The translations under genes and the position numbers were made by a program. Positions 1-13,717 of a stretch of 64,000 bases of DNA are shown here, piece by piece. Below the pieces are notes generated by a model that did not search any database, was not told where the DNA came from, and saw only the letters and a program-made list of their open reading frames with translations. The stretch is from Octopus sinensis (lineage: Eukaryota): positions 94,240,001 through 94,304,000 of the forward strand of contig NC_043002.1 of NCBI RefSeq assembly GCF_006345805.1, given 5' to 3'. Position 1 is the first letter of the stretch; each line of letters begins with the position of its first letter.

Positions 1-329
1 TTTGAAGTACGTCGTGTGATGTCAATTGTTTGTATCCCCGCTTCGTGAAATCTCTATATCCAACGTATAGAAAGATATAAAAACAATATCCATACTCACC
101 ATACATACAAATATACAAATACACAGAGGTGCGTTTTTAGGTTTCCTTTTCGGAATTTATTCTCAGCTTCGCTTAAAATCCAGCTTAGCAGATATCTGAT
201 TCCGTTTCTCTTTAGTTTAGGAGAATTAGATCACAGAAACAGTAATTAATTCTCTGTTACGACGGGAAATACACTCTGGTAGTACGTCACTATTAGATAG
301 GCAGTACATAGTGGATTACTACTCTTTGA

Positions 330-960
330 AGCCAAACCCTTCAAAAGCTAAAGGCATTTTAAAAGTAATTTAGTCAAAGGAGAACGGTTAGTTTTCATCG
401 CTTTTGCAGGCAGTCTCAAACTGGCAAAATCAGAGTGTCCAATATTTATAAATAACCGAACGTTGAAAACAGTTCGCTCTTTCTATTATACTGGGTTTGT
501 TATAACGAACAGTAGATTCCTTGGTATCCTATTATCAATATAGGTAGGTATGACCAGTTTGGATTGTGTTAGGTCATCATGCTGTCACTGGTATAGTCAT
601 GTTGTCACTAACAATTAAACTTGCGGTTTTCAAGGTGGTGTACTGTGAGTGTTTCTATTTCTGCAGGAGATGAATACGGATTCGTAACAGCTTTCATGTG
701 TGTTATCTGTTTACTTTTATGACCTTTCCTTGCTCGCTGCAAATCGACATAAATCGAAAGCCTTTTATATATAGTACAGTTTAACACAAAGTGTTCATAA
801 AGAAATCGATATTTTCCAATCAATTCTTGTATGGAGAACTATTAGACACCGTTCACAAGACAGTGGGATCTTACTCCACTTCAAAGACAAACTGGAAGAA
901 GATTCAAAGAAAATGCAGATCAGCGCCTTGTTTTAAGGTTCACAGTTCGAAACCATGGTT
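330..960 (+). mobile_element. Highly degenerate RTE-clade LINE, C-terminal part of reverse transcriptase
   Basis: Manual translation across frameshifts and stops gives CPIFINNRTLKTVRSFYYTGFVIT, LSLTIKLAVFKVV and NQFLYGEL, in the order expected for RTE ORF2 (LE.V..F.YLGS.IT; L...TKL.VFKAVV; PKQ.LYGEL). Confidence 0.45.
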
Positions 961-1935
961 ATTAGAAACACGCATTCTTCAGTAAATCACACATTTTGAG
1001 AAACAGAGGTCCTGTTTCATTGGCGAGGATCATATTCAGTATCATTCGTATTTCAATATTATTTGATATTACTCATATTTACACTTCATATGGCTTTCTG
1101 TTAAATTCAAGGGTTGTCATGTATCACCCAAGCCGTAGAGCATGATCCGAAGGGGATGGCCATTCCACCAATGTCACGTCTCAGATCATCCACCAACAGC
1201 AGATATTATCTCGGTATTTCACCAACTCACAAATACACACACAAACACGAACAACCCCCACCACAAAAACAGACACACAAAAACATACAGCACCAATACA
1301 CTTATGCACACACATGTACACGCACACACACACACAGAGAAACACATGTGCGTATATGTAAAGTAGACTATTCACATAACGATACTTCTAGGTTTTTCTT
1401 TAACTTTATTATATTATCGTATACTATCTTATTGCATTTATTTACTAGTTTGCTTGTCTTTTGCTTTTGTTTTCAGGAGTTAGTAAACAAGTATTTTTCA
1501 AATCCATTTATGAGTTTCGAGTCTCCATTATCATATAATCAGGATATCTTTCCATAGAATGACGGATGTTGTTGAGGCGAAAAGGTTCATATGCGCTAGC
1601 AGCGTTTTATTGTCTCTGATCCTGGAATGTCTAACAATTGATTCCAATGTGTAGGCTAAATAAATATTTATCCTTTATTCTTATCTCATATGCTAAGTTG
1701 TTTCAAGTCAATATATTGGAAAATCCCTGCGCTGGAAGCAGGTCAGGAACGAGTTCAAGGAAGTCGATATCCTTTCCAAAGAAGTACATATTGATTGTTA
1801 GAATGGCTGTGTGGTTAATAACGTTGTTTCGCAATCATGTGGCTTTGGGTTCGGTTCCGCTACGTATGAAATCGAGCAACTGATTTTATGTCATAGTTTT
1901 GAGTTAACATTGCCTTGTGAGTGAAATTAGTTCGT

Positions 1936-2342
1936 AATATATTCTGTTGTTAAGGCGGCGAGGTGGCAGAATCGTTAGCACCCCGGGCAAAATTTTTAGC
2001 GGCATTTTGTCGCCATGTTGAGTTCAAATTTCATCGAAGTTGACTTTGATTTTCGATAAAATAGGTACCAGTTGAACACTATAGTAGATGCAATCGATTT
2101 ACTTCCTCACCGGAGCTGCTGGCCTCGTGCCCAAACTTGGAATCAATATATTCTGCTGTTAAGGCGGCGAGCTGGTAGAATCGTTAGCACGCCGAACAAA
2201 ATGCTTAGCGGCATTTTGTCGTCATGTTGAGTTCCAATTCCTTCGAGGTAAACTTTGCCTTTCATCCTTTCGAGGACTAGTGTCGATGTAACCCCTAGTC
2301 CCATCCACCAAAATTGCTGGCCTTGTACCAAAATTTGAAGCA
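1936..2342 (+). mobile_element. Two tandem degenerate copies of SINE group B
   Basis: Units start aatatattctg..ttaaggcggcgag at 1936 and 2145; head ggcggcgagctggcagaatcgttagcac; core actttgcctttcatcctttcg. Confidence 0.7.
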
Positions 2343-3060
2343 AATATATTCTCTTGTCTTAGTTGTTTAACCCTTGGTCAATCTCAAATATATAGACCTA
2401 TGATCAAAAGACTTCCAATCACAGATTGTCAATGTGGGGACTATTTGAAAGCAGGAATATAATGTTCGCTTGTTGGATTCCATAAAATATTCAGACAGCT
2501 CGTATTATTTCAACTATTTGCCATTGTGCGAATTTGTCTAAATCATACTGACTAATAGAGACTTAATGTCATTATTGTTTTAGCTCCAGGTCAACCCTAG
2601 TCCACCACAACTATAGTCAGAGTGTTCCGGCAGAAACCTTTCTAGAACGACATTTTCGGACTTGTCCTTTCTTCACAATGGAGATGATATAGCGCATTCA
2701 CTATATACGTTTATGTCGTGGAAAATTACATTTAAGTATTTAAGTATCGCGTGACCGTTTTACTCACAGCGCTACTTCTTTTCTACACTTAACTAATTTC
2801 CAACTAGTACAAGTAAATGAAGGAGTCTTTGGGCAGTCAGTTGACGTATAAATAATAGCTAAATCTCTTTCAAATTCTACTTATACTTCCAAATGATAAT
2901 ATACACAACGAGGTGAACATGGTCATAAACAAAAAGTACACCATTACACGATATTTATATACAGCTAGAATATGATCTTAAACAAGAAGTCTGATACCAA
3001 CCCATAGCTAGAGGAACATAATAATAAACAAAGCATATACGTCCACATGATACATAAATA

Positions 3061-3277
3061 CGAGGGTGTGCTGAAAAGTTCCCGGCTTTCGGTAATAGAA
3101 AATAGAGGAGGGTCAGTTAATTATGATTTTATTCAGCATATTCCCTTCTCGGATTCGTACACTTGTTGCAGAGGTCCTTCAGTTTTTCTAAGCCCTGTAA
3201 AAGAACTTGGAAGGTTGGGCCTCCACCCAGGCCTTTCATGACATCCTTTAAGCCAGGAACTTTTCAGCACACCCTAC
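3061..3277. mobile_element. Tc1/mariner-type MITE
   Basis: TIRs cgagggtgtgctgaaaagttcc / ggaacttttcagcacaccct, preceded by TA. Confidence 0.8.
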
Positions 3278-4394
3278 TTATATAATAAAAGAGAACAAAA
3301 CCTCCACATAATACTAATAATAGTTGTGTGAACATGTTCATAAACAAAAAGTTTATTTCCTCATAATACCTTTCTAAAGCACATAACACACGGTTATGAA
3401 CAAAATATTTTTGAAGAATTAAAAAACGCTAATTTTTCGGTCGTATGGAACTTTGAAGTAGTTGCATCTTCAAAATAAATAAGTTCAGTAGTAAAATGGG
3501 CTTTTGCATGCTTAATAGGCTTGTTACACTAACTATACTAACATTCTCTGCAATTAAGTATGTGTTATCATGCGAAGTGTAATAAACAAGGGCCTATTAA
3601 ACAAACTACACAAGCACACCCTTTCACTATTACATTTACAGGCGGCATATTAACTGTGTATTCACTCAGCTATCCTTTCAAATACGTTTATACTTGTTGC
3701 ATCTCAATATATAGCATAGAACAGAGACAATAGAAAATAAAAAAGGAATGCGTCTTTATTGTTTAACGTATCCATTAATGTATGCGCTAATTAAGACTTC
3801 AGTGTGTCACACTGACGCCAAAAAAAAAAAAACGAAAAAGATCGTGAAAATAAATTAGTATTTTAAATTTGAATTTCTATACTTTAAAAATGTAGTATGA
3901 AAAGTAAAAAAGAACACTTATTAGTAGCTTCTGTCTGTCAACATACATCCGGTCGATCGATTTATGAAGACCGATTCACATACTAAAAGGGTTAAATATT
4001 AAATTAGCGTTGATAAATCTATTGATAACGTTTAGATTAATGAGCTGAATTTTTAAGAGAATATAATTATAGGAGAAGATAAAATCATTATTGGAAGCGT
4101 TCTCTATATGAGAGATCATCTTCAGGTGATGAAAAATCTTAGTGGAAATGTAAAGTTGTGACCCTTAATTCACTAATAATTTAGTGGCATTACCTGTTTC
4201 GATTATAATTGTTTTCCATGGCATAAACATCCATAGTGAATGCGTTGTTATAGTAGGATTCGGTTGATTGCAATCAGCTAATCAGTTGATCAATATTTCA
4301 ATAATAATGCAATAATACAACCAATTAGCATACTCAATATTTGATCATTTTTGAAAATTATTATTACAGAGAGAACAATAGAAGTTTTATGTAA

Positions 4395-4428
4395 TACACA
4401 CACATACACACACACACACACACACACG

Positions 4429-4460
<32 letters not shown>

Positions 4461-4715
4461 CACATATATATATATACACACATATATATATATATATATA
4501 TATGTTCACACAAATACACACTCATATACGATTATGTATATACATATGGATGCATGTATATATGTTATATATATGCATATATATATATATATATGCATAT
4601 GTATAAATGTATGTTTGTACATATGTATGTGTGCATGTATGTTTGTGTATGCATGTATATGTGTATATGAGTATATGCGTGTGTGGATGTGTATGTAAAC
4701 GTGTGTATGTGTGCG
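4395..4715. repeat. Compound (CA)n/(TA)n/(TG)n microsatellite
   Basis: Direct inspection. Confidence 0.95.
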
Positions 4716-5324
4716 AGCGTGTTTAGTACAACTGTATAATGTATGCTTGAAGTAGCGTACATAGCTATTAAGAATCATCCATGTTGTTCGATCAAGCAGA
4801 CACTCAAGCATGATTTCCTTCGGGAGGCAGTTGCAGGCAGAGTAACCAACAAATATTGGGTTCTAGGTTAAACGGTATATATTTCACAAATATTGGAAAT
4901 ACAGCCAGCTTTATTAATGATAGTTAATCATAGTTATTAAAGCGCCTATAAAGTGATGAACTAGATTTAACAAGATAAAACGCTAAAAAATTACCATGTA
5001 CTAATCAATAAGTCAAAATATCTAAGGAGTTACACTAACCTAACTGTTGAATTGAAATCATTATGGCAGTTAAGGATTGTGTGCCGTTTGTTATTCGCAT
5101 CAATAGAATGATCCACATTTATATCTAAAAAGACATCATCAGATTAACATCTTTGCAGATAATATTGCTAGGGACGTTCTCACACAGATTTAGTTAACCA
5201 CGAGCATTTTTGTTAACTTTGAACCATTTTATGCGCGCCATGTTCTCGAAGATGTATTTAATTCTTATTTTAAGAAAAGGAAACTTGATGTATTTCACAA
5301 ACTATATGAACCAGAACCATAGCC

Positions 5325-5577
5325 GTCACTAGTGAATATGATCTGTAAAAGGTACCAAGCATTCATCAGTTGTTATATGTAGCCGAAAACCCTCACATCT
5401 TTGACTCACATCGAGGATGTGACAGCTGGTAGGAGAGAGGGTTGAACCAGCACCCGACTGGTACTTACTTTCAGTTGTGTAAACTGGAGCAACGGAAAAT
5501 GAAGTGACTTGTTCAAGGCCACTGTTGTGCAAGAGTACGACGCTCCGCTGGCGAGAATGGACTGGATCACTACACAT
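5325..5577 (-). mobile_element. Degenerate SINE with conserved central core
   Basis: tggtacttactttcagttgtgtaaactggagcaacggaaaatgaagtgacttgttcaagg resembles the core in the SINEs at 7745-8090 and 36590-36910. Confidence 0.45.
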
Positions 5578-5622
5578 AAATAGTAGCGGTCTGAGTAAGT
5601 GAGGTAGTTCTTGCTAGTTCCA

Positions 5623-7504
5623 ACGCTTGTGAACTCCTTTTTGATTGGTTAACTTCTTGAATTGTTGCACCGTGAGTTAAATTGTTAGTGCATTTAACTG
5701 TTTTGTGTCTAACGACACATTTGCTGCCTACGGCGGCTTATATGTTTGTCTGTCCTTGTATCGTCCCTCTTTGTAGGCCCATGTGGGTAATAAAGAATAA
5801 GTTCGTGCTTGTGAACTTCTTTATGATTGGTTAACTTCTTGAATTGTTGCACTGTGAGTTAAATTGTTTGTTACTGTTATTTGATAGTTTTGTGTCTAAC
5901 GACACCTTGTTTTACTGCTTACGGTGACTTGGTTGACGCTTTTTCCCTTAATTCATCATATATTGGTTTGTGTCTAACGACATCTTGTTTTGCTGCTTAC
6001 GGCGGCTTGGTTGACGCTTTTTTCTCTTGCTTGAAGAGGAAAGCGCGGTAATAGAGGTGAGATGCGGGAGTGTTGGCTTCAGAGACTTGTGGAGAGAGCT
6101 TGTTAAGAGTCTGAAGAGGATAGATGAGGCGATGGAGGCGAAGAATTTTGCAGAAGCGATAAAAGATAAAAGTGAAGACGTGTGCTTGGAGGAGCTGAAT
6201 AGATTCAAAGATATGCTTAAGAAGGAGGGGAGCGACGTAAAGGTGTCCTCACCCCTAGTGAGAAACGGATGAAGTTAAAAGAAGAACCGTACTATACAGA
6301 ACGTACAGTTTGAAGTTACTACGATAGAGGTCGCAACCAGATCACAAATTGAAAGGACATTGACGGCAATATGGAAGGAGGTCAATTTCCTCACCAGAGG
6401 AAGGAAATATGCAACAATAGAGGTGCGGTTTGCGTCGGAAGTTGTGTCCAGGCAGCTAGGCGTTACTCCCCTTAAAACGGACGAGGTGGTCCTTCTACCC
6501 ATATACCTGGAAAAACGTGCTTCTAGAGTAAGGGTAGAAGAAATCCCTTTAGAGGTGGATGTTGCGTGGCTGGTAGCCGCCATCCTGTTGGGAATGGAGG
6601 ACAAGGTTGTGGTCCTCCAGGCCAAAAGAGTGCCACCAAGAAATTGGCAAGGAGAGGGCCTGGAAATGATAATCCAGGTCGTCCCGGGAGATTTGGAGAG
6701 GATGGGGGAAACCATCACTGTCGGAGAGGATGTAAGGCTGAGAGTCATGGTGGAGGGCAGGACGCCCCGATGTTTTAAATGTGGCCAAAAAGGTCACATA
6801 AAAGTAGAATGTTCTCTATTTTCCGCAAAGGAACCAACGAAAGAAGCCTCACCACCACCTCTTGCGACGTCGTGTGTGAACGAGAAGGACCCGGAGAAGG
6901 AGGAAAAGAAACAGGAGGCCGAACAGAAAGAGGGGTGGAATACAGCACCGAAAATACGGAAAAGAGGAAAAAAAGCCTTCCCCACGCCGTCCCACCCTCC
7001 CCCTGCAGTCACCAACTCTCACTTCGCCCCCTGACACAGACAATGACAAATACACAGGACCCCGAAATTTCCCCATCCCCACCCCAAAAGGTGAAAAAAA
7101 AGAATAAGAGGGGAAAAAAATTCTCAAGTGTCGGTAGATGTTTCAAATAAGGAATGGCCTGATTACATTGAATGCTCCATTGTAAGCAACGAAGAAAGGA
7201 TTACACTAAAAAAAAGATTCGGGAAGGATCGTTGACTTAGAAAGAGAGATAGACATAAGTAAGCTATCACCAAAGTTGGCCTTCCATCAACTTGAACTCG
7301 GTAACTAATTGTAACGATTTAATGTTGTAAAAAAGTGTGTCAAAAAAGTTAAACGGGGCCGCTCGGATCTGGGATCGAGAGGACTTCATTTCATTTTTCA
7401 TTATTCATATCCATCTTTCCCATTAGTTTTTCTTTTTTTTTTCACTTATATGCTTGTGCTTGTATCGCCCCTCTTTGTAGACCCGTGTGGGTAATAATGA
7501 ATAA
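5623..7504 (+). mobile_element. ORF1-only L1/Tx1-like non-LTR element (half-LINE-like), preceded by a short 5'UTR+tail unit
   Basis: Near-identical 17 bp flanks agttc(t/g)tgctagttcca at 5606-5622 and 7505-7521 (TSD); repeated 5'UTR units; gag-like ORF1; LINE/SINE-type 3' tail ...gtgggtaataa..aataa at about 5745-5800 and 7455-7504; no ORF2. Confidence 0.7.
6027..7034 (+). pseudogene. Disrupted L1/Tx1-type ORF1 (coiled-coil N-terminus, CCHC zinc knuckle)
   Basis: Same-frame ORFs 6027-6272 and 6360-7034 separated by stops; CFKCGQKGHIKVEC knuckle at 6771-6812 followed by a charged, Pro-rich tail. Confidence 0.75.
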
Positions 7505-7744
7505 AGTTCGTGCTAGTTCCATAGTTAGTGTGTTGATAGTTCAAAGTTGGAGCTCAAAGTATACAGTTCGAGTTAGCGTGTTAGATTGTTGGTTCTTAAA
7601 AGATTGTTGCTACGTTCCGTGTGTTACTGCCGTTTGTTTCGATTATATTGTTATTACACTGTTGCAGTGTATTCGTTAATCCATAGGGATATAACAGCCA
7701 CAATGCATCACACTGGATTTAATATATATTTATAAGGAACAGTA

Positions 7745-8090
7745 GCGAAGGTGCATGGGTCAGTGGTTAGAGCGTCGGGCTAACAATCATGAGGTAGTGA
7801 GTTCAATTCTCGGACTAGGCTGGTTGTGTTCTTGAGCAAGTCACTTTATTTCATGTTGTTTCAGTTCACTCAGCTGTAAAAATAAGTTACGATATCACTG
7901 GTTCCAAGCTGTTTTGGGCTTTGCATTTCCCTTAGATAACATCGGTGGCGTATAAAGTGGGAGGCTGGTATGGATGGGCGACTGCTGGTCTTCTATAAAT
8001 AGTCTTGCCCGGACTTGTGCCTCGGAGGGTAAATTTCTAGGTGCAATCCCATCGTCATTCATGACCGAAGGTGGTCTTTACCTTCTTATA
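7745..8090 (+). mobile_element. tRNA-head SINE with conserved core (group E)
   Basis: A-box-like tgggtcagtggttag, B-box-like gagttcaattctc, core gtgttcttgagcaagtcacttt..cagttcactcagctgtaaaaa. Confidence 0.6.
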
Positions 8091-8439
8091 ATGCCTGACA
8101 AGAGAACTTTTTCATGGTTCAGTCAGCAGAAAGGGATAATAATCATGTTCTTCACAGGTATTAGGTTTAGTTTGAGCAACTGTAAATAGATGTTCAACAG
8201 AAAAATGTGGCGGGAAGGAAATTTATGCGACGAAAATCTTAAAGAGTAAGGATTAGGAATAATAATTAGGGGGAAACCGAGGACAAGGAGACATAGAAAC
8301 GATGACAAGGAGAAGAAATGGGTCTGTCGGGTGAAATTGGTTAGAAATGACATGTTCTACTTAATTGCAAAGAGTAGAGGCTGTATTGGAGTTGTCGGTA
8401 GGGGGAACATGAGGAGACAGTATGTTCGTTGATGAGAGA

Positions 8440-8830
8440 ATGCACTAAAAACTGTAAAAAAAAAAATTCAAATGAATATGAGACTAGAGAAATGTGCCAA
8501 CGTCACTTTAAGAATGAACTAATCAGTTAGAATTAAATAAAACCCATTAAATTATCTTTAGATACTGAAAATCAAAGGATTAGATGAAAACTGCTCGTAC
8601 ATAAAATTATTGAAACTGATATGAAAGAAGCCAGAGAAATAAATAGAAAGACAGAAAAGAATGTTAAAGAAAAATCAAAAATATATTAAAAAACTTAACT
8701 CAATGCAGTGTTACAAATAAAGTAAGAGGTATGATATGAACTGCAGTTTCAGCATAATAGATTGTGATTTAAGTGAATTACAGAGCGTAGAGACGAAAAC
8801 TAGAAAATTATACTGAAATCCGAATCGTTT
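8440..8830 (+). mobile_element. Degenerate LINE RT fragment, R4/Dong-like
   Basis: Translated fragments IQMNMRLEKCANVTLR and CSFSIIDCDLSELQSVETKTRKL resemble GM.FGL.KC and YSFGII.W...EL..LD.KTRK.L. Confidence 0.4.
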
Positions 8831-8867
8831 ACTCTAAAAAATTAGATACAATATATATATAATATTT

Positions 8868-9175
8868 GTGGAGGCGCAATGGCCTAGTGGTTAGGGCAGC
8901 GGACTCGCGGTCGCAGGATCGCGGTTTCGATTCCCAGACCGGGCGTTGTGTGTGTTTATTGAGCGAAAACACCTAAAAGCTCCACGAGGCTCCGGCAGGG
9001 GGTGGTGGTGATCCCTGCTGTACTCTTTCACCACTCTTTCTCCCACTCTTTCTTCTGTTGGCCTGCTCGCTTAGCCAGCGGGGTAGCGTCATTCGAAGGC
9101 TAAAACAATGCGAACGCATTGTGACCAGCGACGTGTAACAACATCTGATGGTCTGGTCGGTCACGTGATCACGTG
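8868..9175 (+). mobile_element. tRNA-head SINE group C with tail type 1
   Basis: A-box tggcctagtggttag, B-box ggtttcgattccc; ends in gtcacgtgatcacgtga; 13 bp TSD atatataatattt (8855-8867 / 9176-9188). Confidence 0.85.
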
Positions 9176-10647
9176 ATATATAATATTTATAATGAATAAT
9201 TTATATATGTTATATATAATATATCTACCGTGAGCATGGAAACATGATGTTTGATGCACACACGGAACTGCTCTTGAAAGTTGCAACGGTATCTTTATGT
9301 TCGATTAGTTTACTAAGCGAACATAGGATGAAACATAAGATGAAAAATACAATAAATGGCAATCCTGATGTTCAACGTGACACTTCTATAAGCATCATTG
9401 CACGACTGTCAGAGGGCTGCAAGCGCTTGACGATATCCACAAATTAATACTTGCTGTCTTCGTACTCCTTGCTTTTGGTAAATTCAAGGAACTTCCAGGG
9501 CACGAACACAGTCACACAAAGGCAATTTTCTCGAAAAAATTTTTGCGGAGGGGCTACGCCTCCTCAATAACACAATTCTCACTGCAAAGGGGGTCTTTAC
9601 GCACGACCACAGGCAGGCAAATGTCTGGAGCAGAGTGGAGACTGTTGCTAACCAAATATTATTAAATACAGGGCAGCAAACTCCACAAAGCCCCGCCCCC
9701 TAAATACAACAAACGCCTACCTGTAGACGAGCTTCAACGTTCAATATTTCACGACGATATTCCGGATGTTAAGCGTCTTGTTGTGTCAGTCTTCGTTTGA
9801 TCGAATTCTGCAGTTCTGCCAGAGACCCAGCTGTAGAAAAACGTATCAGACACACGGCGACCATACCCGTGAATTGTCAGTCAATGAATCGCTGGTGATT
9901 GCAGTCTTAGCGTTTGCCTGCGTATCATCAACCACAGCATGCCCAATCCTCCAAGCAACATGAGTTCACAGCAAACAGCCCAGTGGAACTCATCCCTTAA
10001 AAAAAATGCAGAAGTGCAAATTCTCCAGTTCAGTGACACCTGAACTAGAACACATAGATACGACGGTCAAGAGATAACAGCTTCTTGTTCATACGCCCAT
10101 CCCAGCTCTTTTCCACTTGCGTTAACTGGTTATTCTTTAGACTCTGCTAAAGAGTCCATACTTAATAAATTAGGAGAAACACCACTTTTCGGATGACAGC
10201 GCGGGAGTTGGCGTTATCCTATAATTATGATAACGATTTCTTTATATTTTATGTTTATATTTATGATTTCTTATTAATAACATTGTTCTCGAAAAAAAAA
10301 AAAGAAAACCCTGAAATGATTAACAGAACAAAAGATTTATATGCAATCACAGGAATGGACAGATAAGACAAAAGTAGATATAACAGAAATCACTGGAAGT
10401 GCTTGGAAAAGATAACATTAGAATTTCTGCATAAAATACCTACGTATCTTACACCCACACATGCCTCAGCGTTTTTATGAAATAATAAGATACCTTTCTC
10501 AAATATCAAAAATATTGACAGAAGGGAAAATAATTATCTCCAAGAAAAAAAAAATTGTCCAACGAAAAGCGAGGATAAAAAGAACCACTCGAAAAAATGT
10601 TAATGTTTTCGTATCTTCTATAAGTGATTGACATTAACACGATGTAT

Positions 10648-10744
10648 ATCATCATCATCATCATCATCGTCGTCGTCGTCGTCATCGTCGTCGTCGTCGT
10701 CATCGTCGTCGTCGTCGTCATCATCATCATCATCATCATCATCA
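10648..10744. repeat. (CAT)n/(CGT)n trinucleotide tract
   Basis: Direct inspection. Confidence 0.95.
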
Positions 10745-10825
10745 AGGCTTCTACCCGAATGACTCAAGTGCTGCAGAAGATTCTTAATTGGCTGTAAAGT
10801 CTAGTCAATATTAATACTTATGTGG

Positions 10826-11460
10826 CAAGACGGTGAGCTAGCAGACTTGTTTAGCACGCTGGGGGACATGATTAGCGGCATTTCACCCGCCTTTACGTTT
10901 TGAGTTCAAGTGCCGCCGAGGTTGACTTTGCCTTTCATTCATTCGGGGTCGATAAATAAATACCAATTGTTCACTGGGGCCGATGTAATCGAGATGTACC
11001 CTCGCCTGCAACTTTTGGACTTGTACCAACATTTAAAATCTAACGTTAATACTTATGTGGGAAGGCGGTGGTGAGTTGGCAGAACTGTTTGCACGCCGGG
11101 CGAAATGCTTTGCAACATTTCGTCTGTCTTTATGTTTTGAGTTCAAATGCCGTCGAAGTGAACTTTGCCTCTCATCCTTTCGGGGTCGATAGAATAAGTA
11201 TCAGTTGAGCACTTGAGTCGATGTAATCGACCTACCCTGCACCCCTAAAATTGTTGACCTGGTACCAAGATGGTAAAATTGCAAAAAACGCCTGAGATAA
11301 AATCTTGCGATACTTGTTCCGACTCTTCACATATTGAGATCATATCCTGCCGAGGTCGCGCTTCCTTTTTACCCTCTCGGGGTCGATAACATATAATACC
11401 AGTCAAGTACTGAGGTCGATGATGTCAATCAACCCATCTCCTCAGATGCCTAAATCATCA
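10826..11460 (+). mobile_element. Tandem array of 2-3 degenerate SINE group B units
   Basis: Repeated core gactttgcctttcat(t/c)c.ttcggggtcgata at about 10920, 11160 and 11355; units preceded by ttaatacttatgtgg. Confidence 0.7.
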
Positions 11461-11680
11461 ACACTTATTAATAAATGCAATGATATTAGAGATTTGCCTG
11501 CGCAAATATAATCTGGATTCTACAGGAATAAATTGCCAAAATACGGATGAGCTAATGAAGGTGACTCTGCATACACATTTGATTTATCTATTAGAAATAA
11601 CTACTAAATTCCCCTGAAAATACACACTGCTTCCTTAAAAAGGAAATGACATGTTGGATAATGCGGCTCAGGATTGCTCT

Positions 11681-12088
11681 CTCTCTTTTACTCTTTTACT
11701 TGTTTCAGTCATTTGACTGCGGCTATGCTGGAGCACCGCCTTTAATCGAGCAACTCGACCCCGGGACTTATTCTTTTGTAAGCCCAATACTTATTCTATC
11801 GGTCTCTTTTGCCGAACCGCTAAGTAACGGGGACATAAACACACCAGCATCGGTTGTCAAGCAATAGTAGGGGGACAAACACAGACACACAAACACACAC
11901 ACACGCATATATATATACATATATACGACGGCCTTCTTTCAGTTTCCGTCTACCAAATCCACTCACAAGGCTTTGGTCGGCCCGAGGCTATAGTAGAAGA
12001 CATTTGCCCAAGGTGTCACGCAGTGGGACTGAACCCGGAACCATGTGGTTGGTAAACAAGCTACTTACCACACAGCCACTCCTGCGCC
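11681..12088 (-). mobile_element. Full-length tRNA-head SINE group A with internal microsatellite
   Basis: Reverse complement starts ggcgcaggagtggctgtgtggtaagtagc, B-box ggttcagtccc, ends ctgaaacaagtaaaagagtaaaaga; near-identical to copies at 37741, 39085, 42708, 62711. Confidence 0.9.
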
Positions 12089-13717
12089 TATTGCTTATCA
12101 TAGTTTACTTGCGGTCAAACAATGAGAATAAAATTTTAGAACAGTGTGTAGAGCAAGTTTGGTGCTGCTATTTGGGTGCAAAGCCAATCTCATGATAGAC
12201 GTTTTAGCTTTAAAACAATTATTCAAGTAGGAAATTTGCACGCATCTTATTTTGAAATTCAAAGGTTGGTATTATTAAACAACTTAAGCCTAGCTTCACT
12301 CTTTGCTTAGGCTATGGATAGCATTACTGTTCCTATCAACAGATTATATCTGAATAGTAGTTGCAACGTGTGCATTCCGGTAAGTATGAAATAGCATCAT
12401 AACAGTTACACATTTCTGGTATCCATTACCAATACATGTATAACATTTTGGATTCCCTCGTTTCTCATTAAAAATGTTTTTGCTTTTCATATGTTGATAA
12501 AGTGCTTTTCTCTATACATCGATACCTTTCACTGTTCCATAATACTTAATGACTAACTTAGTTTATTGAATTTTTTAAACATTTTTCTCTCTGGATTAAA
12601 CTTGCTTGCACAGACAAACAACTAAATGTTTTTTTTATTTAAAGTGGTTGTTGCAAGATTTTATGTGACACCTTTATTGATATAATGAAGTTATAGAGAC
12701 AAGTTATGTTACTTGTAGAGAAAATAACATAGTAAGATCAATAAGTCGAAACTAAAGGAAACAGATGATATTGAAAAGCGTCTGAACTTGGCCGGCTAAA
12801 GAACTGCGAAAATTCTAAATTGGGAATTTAAAAAAATCTCGTATAGGCCAACACAGCCATTCAAGACACTGATAGAACATTAAATTTAAGAGCAAGATAG
12901 CGAAATTGCAAACACTGGTATATTCGTTTGCAAACGCCTTGAAAATTAAAGGGCCTTGGTTTTACTAAATCTTAAGACAAGAATTCATTGGCAGTATGAA
13001 GGTGTAATTTTTATGAGCTAAAATTGATAAAAATGCAAATGACATATACCTGGGAATATCGTTAAACACAGAAGATACAAACATGAATAAAAAATTATTT
13101 CCTATCTTTAGTAAAGCTAATAGATATAAAAAAAATTTAGCCGTGGTGATAGACACTATGAGAAAACACCAATGGAAACTATATGAAAAAACAAAACAAC
13201 ACAAATTAAGCTCAAAATGATATAAAAAAGACTATGGTAAGACTTTGGTAAGAAAATCTACATGGCTAATACCTGAGAAAACTGGGAAATGGGAGAAGAC
13301 GTAAAGAAACATAATATGATTATCATACGACAATGCCATCATACGAATGAGTGGATATTAAGTTCTAACGAGTAAGACATCGGCAAAGAGAGCTCTTACA
13401 TAGTTAATACATGAAAACGAAAGAAATGGAAGAAGACGAAAAATAAAACTCTGATTTGAACATTATACAACAGTATCATCAAACAAATGCCATGTGTTCA
13501 GTTTTAATGAAAATTACATTGCTAAACCGACTATTTCTATTTTAAATAAAGCCTCATTTTGTGTTGACGAACAATCGAGGCGGTATGCGTCGGTGTTCTG
13601 CGCTCTTCAGCAAATTTTCGTCCAGTTTATTATGACCTCTTTCTTTCCTCTTATATTGTCCTCACAGTTGGCTTTACTAAATTAAAAACTTTTATTTGTG
13701 TTCCATTTAAAAGCTAT

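Noticed and set aside
2768-2858. Possible next exon of the LU-like gene (phase 1 start, IIYTSTDCPKTPSFTCTSWKLVKCRKEVA, GTGAGT donor)
   Set aside because: Acceptor is purine-rich and overlaps a motif repeated elsewhere in the window (e.g. about 11600, 47340); lacks the CCxxxxCN-type end; kept only as a weak candidate
8868-8945. tRNA genes at SINE heads
   Set aside because: A and B boxes are present but no complete cloverleaf or acceptor stem, and they continue into SINE bodies with TSDs
12370-12470. Minus-strand KCYTCIGNGYQKC resembling an LU domain start
   Set aside because: No splice sites; surrounding fragments look like a decayed RTE reverse transcriptase
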